From Fibrobacteria bacterium (GTDB lineage: Bacteria > Fibrobacterota > Chitinivibrionia > Chitinivibrionales > FEN-1185), in NCBI GenBank assembly GCA_037447435.1, contig JBBIGR010000011.1, positions 1-64,000 on the forward strand: DNA of 64,000 bases, in the 5' to 3' direction. Below, in pieces: positions 58,338 through 64,000 of the stretch; positions within the stretch are counted from its first letter, which is position 1, and each line of letters begins with the position of its first letter. Position numbers and translations under genes: made by a program. The notes beneath the pieces are model-generated. The model did no database searches and was not told the origin of the DNA. It saw only the letters and a program-made list of their open reading frames with translations.

Positions 58338-59417
58338 ATGAAAAACGGACCCGAAAAAGAATTTCCTTATACGGAGTTGTGCGGCGCGCTACATCTTCAT
58401 ACGACCTTTTCGGATGGAGGCGTGACGTTTCCGGAATTAATTGAAACCGCAAATGAAGTCGGATTACGTTACATTGTTGTTACCGACCATATGTCTCTTG
58501 CGGGAAAAGAAAAAGGATACGAGGGATTTCATGGGAATCTTTTCGTTTGTGTCGGCTATGAACACAACGATAAAAATAATAAAAACCATTATTTGGCTTT
58601 GGGAACCCAATCGGTAATTGCGCAGCAAAATTCCGTTCAGGACTATATAAACGAAATAAAAATTGACGGAGGAATTGGTTTTTGCGCTCACCCGGTTGAA
58701 AAAAGAAATTATTTGGAATCATACCCTCCTTATCCATGGACGCAATGGAATGCGACGGGGTATGATGGCTTTGAGCTCTGGAACCAAATGTCGGATTGGC
58801 TTGAAAATTTAAAAAGTAAATTCCATTTTTTTAAGCTATTGTATCCTCGCAGATTCCTTGTTGAAATCAGAAAAGAAATGCTTGCTATATGGGATGAATC
58901 GAACCGAACACGATTCGTGAGCGGGATCGGAGGGGTTGATGCGCACACGATGAAAATAAAAATCGGAATTTTCCCCCGTACCGTTTTCCCGATAAAAGTC
59001 GAATTAAAAGGGATACGAACCCATATATATTTGAAAGAACCGTTGCCCAAAAATGATCCCGGCTTGGCAAAAAAAAGAATTTTGGATTCATTAAAAAACG
59101 GACATGGATTCATCAGTAATTTTAGACGTCGGGACGCCGCAGGAACTTGCATATGTATGGAAACCGCAAACGGCTCGATTCTTTGCCCCGGTAATCACGA
59201 TGTGTCAATTGACTTGCCAGTAAAACTTCAAGTGAGTTTGCCAACCAGCGCCGATGTAAGGCTCGTAAAAAACGGCAAAGTGATCCAAACGATAAATGGG
59301 AAAAAGTTATCTTTCGACATTAAGGAAAAAGGTCTGTATAGGGTGGAAGCCTGGCTTCAAAACCATGCGTGGATATATTCAAATCCGTTTTGCGTTGGCG
59401 AATATCCTTTATGGTGA
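58338..59417 (+). CDS. PHP-domain (CehA/McbA-like) metallohydrolase
   Basis: HLHTTFSDG, TDH, AHP, ELWN, GGVDAH, YRVEA..WIYSNP. Confidence 0.87.
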   Translation: MKNGPEKEFPYTELCGALHLHTTFSDGGVTFPELIETANEVGLRYIVVTDHMSLAGKEKGYEGFHGNLFVCVGYEHNDKNNKNHYLALGTQSVIAQQNSVQDYINEIKIDGGIGFCAHPVEKRNYLESYPPYPWTQWNATGYDGFELWNQMSDWLENLKSKFHFFKLLYPRRFLVEIRKEMLAIWDESNRTRFVSGIGGVDAHTMKIKIGIFPRTVFPIKVELKGIRTHIYLKEPLPKNDPGLAKKRILDSLKNGHGFISNFRRRDAAGTCICMETANGSILCPGNHDVSIDLPVKLQVSLPTSADVRLVKNGKVIQTINGKKLSFDIKEKGLYRVEAWLQNHAWIYSNPFCVGEYPLW

Positions 59418-60379
59418 AAATAAACCGGTTTTCAATTTTATTTGATGCGATTTTTCTATGTAGACCCGTTTTATTAGTCCCGGTGTGGGTTTTTTGTCTG
59501 TTTGGATATTTTTCAGGGATAAATTCCCCGAAAGAATTTTCTATTTCGGCAATATGGCACATGTCAATTCGCGAGTGTTTTTGGATCTTTATATTTTCTT
59601 TATCCGTAGGCTCCGTTTATGTGTTAAACCAAATTAATGACAGAAAAGTAGATGCGCTCAATGGAGGCTTCGCGTTGCTTATTAAAGGAAAAATTCCCTT
59701 ATGGGTAGCATGGGCGACCACCTTTCTTCTTGCAGGAATTTCAATCGTTCTTCCCATGCTGTGGTGTCCGAGACTGGTTCTTTGGTCCTTATATTCCCTA
59801 ATTCTTGGCATTATTTATTGTATAAAGCCAATGTATTTTACCGGTAGGCCGATTTTGGATTTCACAACAAATGCTTTAGGCTACGGTGTAGTTTCGTTTG
59901 GCGTAGGCTGGTTGTTAGCTGGTCAAACTTTCGATATGAATTTTATTAAAGCGTGTTGCCCCTATTTTTTTATGATGTGTGCCGGCTCCATAAGTTCTAC
60001 TTTGCCGGATTGTAACGGAGATAAGCTGGCAGGCAAAAATACAACCGCCGCAAAAATTGGCCTTATGCCGGCGCATTTGTTGTCTATGGGGTTTCTTCTA
60101 ATTGCATCAATTGAAGCTTATTTATTTCACGATTGGATTGCCCAGGCTTGTATTCTGGGGAGTTTTCCATTTTATACATTTTTAGTTTTTCGTAAAAAAT
60201 CCCAAATAGCCATTGAGGCAACTTATAAAGGCGGATATATCGTTTGTATGCTGGTCTCATGCATAATTTTCCCTGCGATTGCTTTGGCAACCGGATTGGT
60301 TTTTGTATTAACCGTGTTGTATTTCAGGATCCGATATAATGTGTTATACCCTTCACTCGTTCCAATTAAACATGAATAA
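59411..60379 (+). CDS. UbiA-family prenyltransferase
   Basis: YVLNQINDRKVD and TLPDCNGDKLAGKNT Asp-rich motifs; multiple TMs. Start taken at the ATG at 59411, overlapping the PHP gene end. Confidence 0.85.
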   Translation: MVKINRFSILFDAIFLCRPVLLVPVWVFCLFGYFSGINSPKEFSISAIWHMSIRECFWIFIFSLSVGSVYVLNQINDRKVDALNGGFALLIKGKIPLWVAWATTFLLAGISIVLPMLWCPRLVLWSLYSLILGIIYCIKPMYFTGRPILDFTTNALGYGVVSFGVGWLLAGQTFDMNFIKACCPYFFMMCAGSISSTLPDCNGDKLAGKNTTAAKIGLMPAHLLSMGFLLIASIEAYLFHDWIAQACILGSFPFYTFLVFRKKSQIAIEATYKGGYIVCMLVSCIIFPAIALATGLVFVLTVLYFRIRYNVLYPSLVPIKHE

Positions 60380-61391
60380 ATTGCATTTATTTTCCCTGGC
60401 AATACTTTGCATGTTTGTTGGGCACGCTCTGTGTTTTGTACTTCAAAACACTCAAAAAGAGTACGTCGATTCTATTATGACAAATATAATGAATTGCAGA
60501 TTCGATTCGGCCGATAGCCAATGCGACCGATTAATTAGCAACGATACACAGGATCCTTTAGGATTAGTGATGCGAATGTCCTCATTTGCATTTTGGGATC
60601 TTGATTGTGATCATCCTGCCGATACAACACAATTTTTAGATTTGTATAAAAAAACCTCTTCTAAAATTATTGCATATGAATCCCGATATGGTGCGTCTTC
60701 CTATTCTAAAACGTTAAAAGGATTTTCAAAAGCCGTTCTTGCCTGCTATGATCTTTGGCATAAAAGCTATTTGTCGGGCCTTAATATCGGTTTTGGAGCT
60801 CTTGATGATTTAAAGGAAGCAAAAAGAATTGATGTGGAAAATACAGATGCCGACTTCTTTATCGGACTTTACAATTACACTCGTGCAGATATGAAAAAAA
60901 TGTTTTGGTGGGCTCTTTTCTGGTATTCCGGAGACAAAGAATCCGGAATTAAAAGTATACTGATGTGCAAAAAAAACGGGCAAATTATTAAACCGGTCGC
61001 TGCCTTGGTTCTTGCCGAGCTATGGATACGGGAAAAAAAATATTCTGAGGCGAAACACCTGATCAAAGAATTGGAAACAGCCTTTCCTAAAAGCAGGTTC
61101 GTAAAATGGACACATGCGAAGTATTTCGAGTCTCAAAACGATTTATCGTCAGCGGCGTCTTTATACGGCGAACTTGCGGATGAATATTCTAATTTGCCAA
61201 AAGCAATTAAAAATGAGCTTGCAGCCCGATTAAAAGAATCGGCACTGTTTTTTGAAGCAAATAATTTTGCTGGTTCGAAAGCTGCTGCAAGTAAAATTAT
61301 TTCTTATAAAAACAACGTTTCTGATCCGCTTATTAAACAAGCTGTTAGAGATGCAGAAAAAATAATAAGAAAAATTAATGCCAAATCCTAA
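60372..61391 (+). CDS. Exported TPR-like helical protein
   Basis: Signal peptide; DADFFIGLYNY..GDKESGI pattern; coupled to the UbiA gene. Confidence 0.75.
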   Translation: MNKLHLFSLAILCMFVGHALCFVLQNTQKEYVDSIMTNIMNCRFDSADSQCDRLISNDTQDPLGLVMRMSSFAFWDLDCDHPADTTQFLDLYKKTSSKIIAYESRYGASSYSKTLKGFSKAVLACYDLWHKSYLSGLNIGFGALDDLKEAKRIDVENTDADFFIGLYNYTRADMKKMFWWALFWYSGDKESGIKSILMCKKNGQIIKPVAALVLAELWIREKKYSEAKHLIKELETAFPKSRFVKWTHAKYFESQNDLSSAASLYGELADEYSNLPKAIKNELAARLKESALFFEANNFAGSKAAASKIISYKNNVSDPLIKQAVRDAEKIIRKINAKS

Positions 61392-61407
61392 AAAAAGGTG
61401 TTTTTTT

Positions 61408-61575
61408 ATGGTAAGCGTTTCTCAAAACAAGTGCGATGAGTGCGGTACGTGTATTGGCGTTTGCCCAAGTGATGCGCTTCTGTTGGATGATCGGTTACGT
61501 GTCAATGAACATCGATGTACCGGTTGCGGTGTTTGTGTGGAAATTTGCCCGTTTGGCGCCTTACAGCTTCAATAA
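61408..61575 (+). CDS. 2x[4Fe-4S] ferredoxin
   Basis: CDECGTCIGVCP and CTGCGVCVEICP. Confidence 0.93.
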   Translation: MVSVSQNKCDECGTCIGVCPSDALLLDDRLRVNEHRCTGCGVCVEICPFGALQLQ

Positions 61576-61608
61576 AACGATTTATTCTAAGACGAAAGAA
61601 CTTGTTTT

Positions 61609-62769
61609 ATGATGAAAAATAATAGCTTTGATATTGCGGTTATTGGTGGTGGCCCTGCAGGAATCATGGCTGCAACATATGCGGCAAAAAATGGCAGATC
61701 TGTATGCCTTATCGACAGAAAAAGCAAACCCGGGTTCCCAGTTAGATGCGGCGAGGCGACGAGTTTGGATGGTTTTTTAAATATTGCCGAGTTCCAAAAA
61801 GATTGGATCCTTTCAACCGTAACGTCGATGCAATTAATCGCTCCGTCGGGGACAGTAGTGACAGTTCCAAACGACTATGGCGCCTATATTATCGATCGCC
61901 ATAAAATGGAAACGGATTTAACGCAAGAAGCGATAAAATCAGGGGTTGCCTTTCTTCCGCATACGACCATCACTACTGTGGAAAAAGATAAAAATGAATA
62001 TATCTGTTCCTCGAAGAATGTACGTATTATTGCACAATGTCTGATTCTTGCCGAAGGCATAGAATCACGTCTTGCTCGTCAATTGGGATGGACGACTTTT
62101 CTTGAGCCTCACGATGTGCATTCATGTGCATTTGCAAGGGTGGAACATCCCGACGTTATTCAAAACACATGTGTATTTTATCTGGGAAAACAATATGCTC
62201 CTGCAGGATATGTTTGGGTTTTTCACAGGGGTGGATCAACTGCGAATGTTGGATTAGGGACTTTAGGTTCTTTTTGTAAACCCGGACTTTCAAAAGAATT
62301 GTTGTTAAATTTTATAGACTCAAAATTTCACGGAGCAAAGGTATCACAGTTGCATTGCGGAGGCGTTCCAATGGGGAAGTATATTTCCCCGTTGGTAAAA
62401 GAGGGTGTACTTCTTTGCGGCGATTCGGCTCGAATGGTGAATTGCATAAACGGCGCAGGAATTTCCTATTCATTGTTCGCAGGAAAAAACGCCGGTATCG
62501 TATCCGCTTTGGCATTCAAAGAGGGGAAATGCGATTATTCCTTACTTAAAAAATATGATAAAATATGGGGAAAGTCTTTCGGAAAACAACAATTGCGATC
62601 CTATTCGGTGAAAGAAATTATGGTTGGATTTTCCGACAAATTTATCGATGATATGGCTGCTATTGTTACAAAAAATAAAAACAGCAAACCGAGTATACTG
62701 AAAATATTTATCAGAGTATTCATCAGGTATCCGTTTCACCTATTTAAAGTGATCAAGCTGCTTAAATAA
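61609..62769 (+). CDS. Geranylgeranyl reductase (digeranylgeranylglycerophospholipid reductase-like) FAD enzyme
   Basis: GGGPAG, PVRCGE, PAGYVWVF, ANVGLG, GGVP, GDSAR..N...GAGI. Confidence 0.88.
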   Translation: MMKNNSFDIAVIGGGPAGIMAATYAAKNGRSVCLIDRKSKPGFPVRCGEATSLDGFLNIAEFQKDWILSTVTSMQLIAPSGTVVTVPNDYGAYIIDRHKMETDLTQEAIKSGVAFLPHTTITTVEKDKNEYICSSKNVRIIAQCLILAEGIESRLARQLGWTTFLEPHDVHSCAFARVEHPDVIQNTCVFYLGKQYAPAGYVWVFHRGGSTANVGLGTLGSFCKPGLSKELLLNFIDSKFHGAKVSQLHCGGVPMGKYISPLVKEGVLLCGDSARMVNCINGAGISYSLFAGKNAGIVSALAFKEGKCDYSLLKKYDKIWGKSFGKQQLRSYSVKEIMVGFSDKFIDDMAAIVTKNKNSKPSILKIFIRVFIRYPFHLFKVIKLLK

Positions 62770-62850
62770 ATAGCCCATTTCGTTGACTGGGTTTGCCATT
62801 GATGGTATAATAATTAGCATTATGACTACCATTTTTGAGAAAGCAACCCC

Positions 62851-63744
62851 ATGAATATCATTCAACGAATGTATGAAATTCATGAATTGCCTACTCTGCC
62901 CGAGGTAATTCTTAAAATTCAAGCCCTCATTAATTCCGATGAAGGAAGCGCAGGTTCACTTTCTCGAATTATTGCTCAGGATCCGTCTCTTACAACGAAA
63001 ATCCTGAAGGTTGCGAATTCATCCTATTTCGGCCAAACATATCAGCGGATTTCTTCGCTATCCCTTGCAATTGCACGAATTGGTTTCAATGAAGTGCGAA
63101 ACATAGTGACTGCAATTTCCTGTATAAAACAATTTTCAAAGCGCTCTTCGATCCTTGATTACAAATTATTCTGGCGCCACTCATTGACAGCTGCATATCT
63201 CACCAAAATAATTACAGATTCTTATCCGGACAAATTTTCCTCCGAAGATAAGCAATATTTGTTTTTGACGGGATTGTTGCATGATATCGGGATTTTGATT
63301 TTCGATCAATTTTTCCATGAAGATTTTGAAATCATATTGGATTATGCAATTAAAAATGAGGTTTCATATCTAGCTGCCGAACAAGCCGTGTTTGGAAAGG
63401 AGTCGCATCAAGTTGTTGGCAGTGCATTATTGGAATTCTGGAAATTGGATGCTGCGGTAATATCGGGTGTGAGGTTTCATCATTTCGGATTCGAAAAATC
63501 GTCGAGTCATCACAGATTGATTTCTATGGTAAGCTGTCTGGTAGAATATATCCTTTGCAATTGCAGTTTGGGTTCTTTTGAAGGATCCATTGCAGAACTT
63601 GACAAATCAATCGCCGATACCTTTAAAATAACTTCGGAAGGCATGGCCTTTTTATTCGCTGCCGCAGAAGCATATGTCGAAAAGTCGGATCTTGTTATTG
63701 CCATGGGGATGTCTGGGTCTTCAAATGAATTTAAAATGATTTAA
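62851..63744 (+). CDS. HDOD-domain protein
   Basis: LPTLP, QDPSLTTKILKVANS, FWRHS, GLLHDIG, H..VG..L..W.L, RFHH. Confidence 0.92.
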   Translation: MNIIQRMYEIHELPTLPEVILKIQALINSDEGSAGSLSRIIAQDPSLTTKILKVANSSYFGQTYQRISSLSLAIARIGFNEVRNIVTAISCIKQFSKRSSILDYKLFWRHSLTAAYLTKIITDSYPDKFSSEDKQYLFLTGLLHDIGILIFDQFFHEDFEIILDYAIKNEVSYLAAEQAVFGKESHQVVGSALLEFWKLDAAVISGVRFHHFGFEKSSSHHRLISMVSCLVEYILCNCSLGSFEGSIAELDKSIADTFKITSEGMAFLFAAAEAYVEKSDLVIAMGMSGSSNEFKMI

Positions 63745-63770
63745 CAATTTTAAAAAAGAGGCTATAAATC

Positions 63771-64000
63771 ATGAATGTTGCTTATATTAACCCTTTTATT
63801 TCTGCAACTATGAATTTTTTTAAAACAATGTTGCGTGTTGATGCAGCTCCTGGAAAACCCGGCTTGAAACAGGAACCGTTTCCTTCTCACGATATTTCGG
63901 CGGTAATTGGCTTATCGGGGGATGCACAAGGTTCTGTTGCATTGAGCTTTCCTAAAGTCGCTGCATTAAAAATCGTTTCCGCAATGTTGGGGGCCGAAAT
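63771..64000 (+). CDS. cheX: Chemotaxis phosphatase CheX (3'-truncated by the window edge)
   Basis: GAGG RBS; MNVAYINPFISAT..DISAVIGLSGDAQGSVALSFP..ALKIVSAMLG. Confidence 0.88.
   Translation, partial: MNVAYINPFISATMNFFKTMLRVDAAPGKPGLKQEPFPSHDISAVIGLSGDAQGSVALSFPKVAALKIVSAMLGAE

Noticed and set aside
1..64000. CRISPR arrays, IS elements, prophage, rRNA
   Set aside because: No regularly spaced direct repeats, transposase, integrase or phage structural genes, or rRNA-like sequence were seen by eye.

Overview
A 64-kb AT-rich bacterial chromosomal segment, most likely from Fibrobacterota (Chitinivibrionia/Chitinispirillales-like). This is inferred from a FISUMP/Fib_succ_major domain, a TIGR02147 protein, a TIGR02171-like lipoprotein, a PorV-family protein and T9SS-CTD-like tails. 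All family calls come from motif recognition, not database searches. Bases 1-16.5 kb are accessory: a multidomain surface protein, vapBC, a tandem-duplicated HNH-like protein, a GH3 enzyme, two paralogous papain-fold proteins, lipoproteins, a structured non-coding element and a probable gene remnant. The remainder is mostly core genome: cmk-rpsA, lspA-rluD, mutY, icd, tRNA-Gly(CCC), a GldA/F/G-type ABC system, an Hc1-like protein, sppA-mltD, EF-G2-mtnA, lysA, rpsT and HDOD-cheX. Three candidate systems stand out. (1) An MglA/MglB locus in which both proteins carry long low-complexity tails ending in the same LY[FY]TSVN-basic-amphipathic motif, next to DUF4388 and TPR membrane proteins. (2) Genes resembling archaeal isoprenoid ether-lipid biosynthesis: a DGGGP synthase-like UbiA, a ferredoxin plus geranylgeranyl reductase pair, a second UbiA and an isoprenoid kinase. 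(3) A cluster of PorV with an inserted propeller, an M6 peptidase homologue lacking HExxH, and a gluzincin-PD40-barrel protein. No CRISPR array, rRNA, IS element or prophage was seen.
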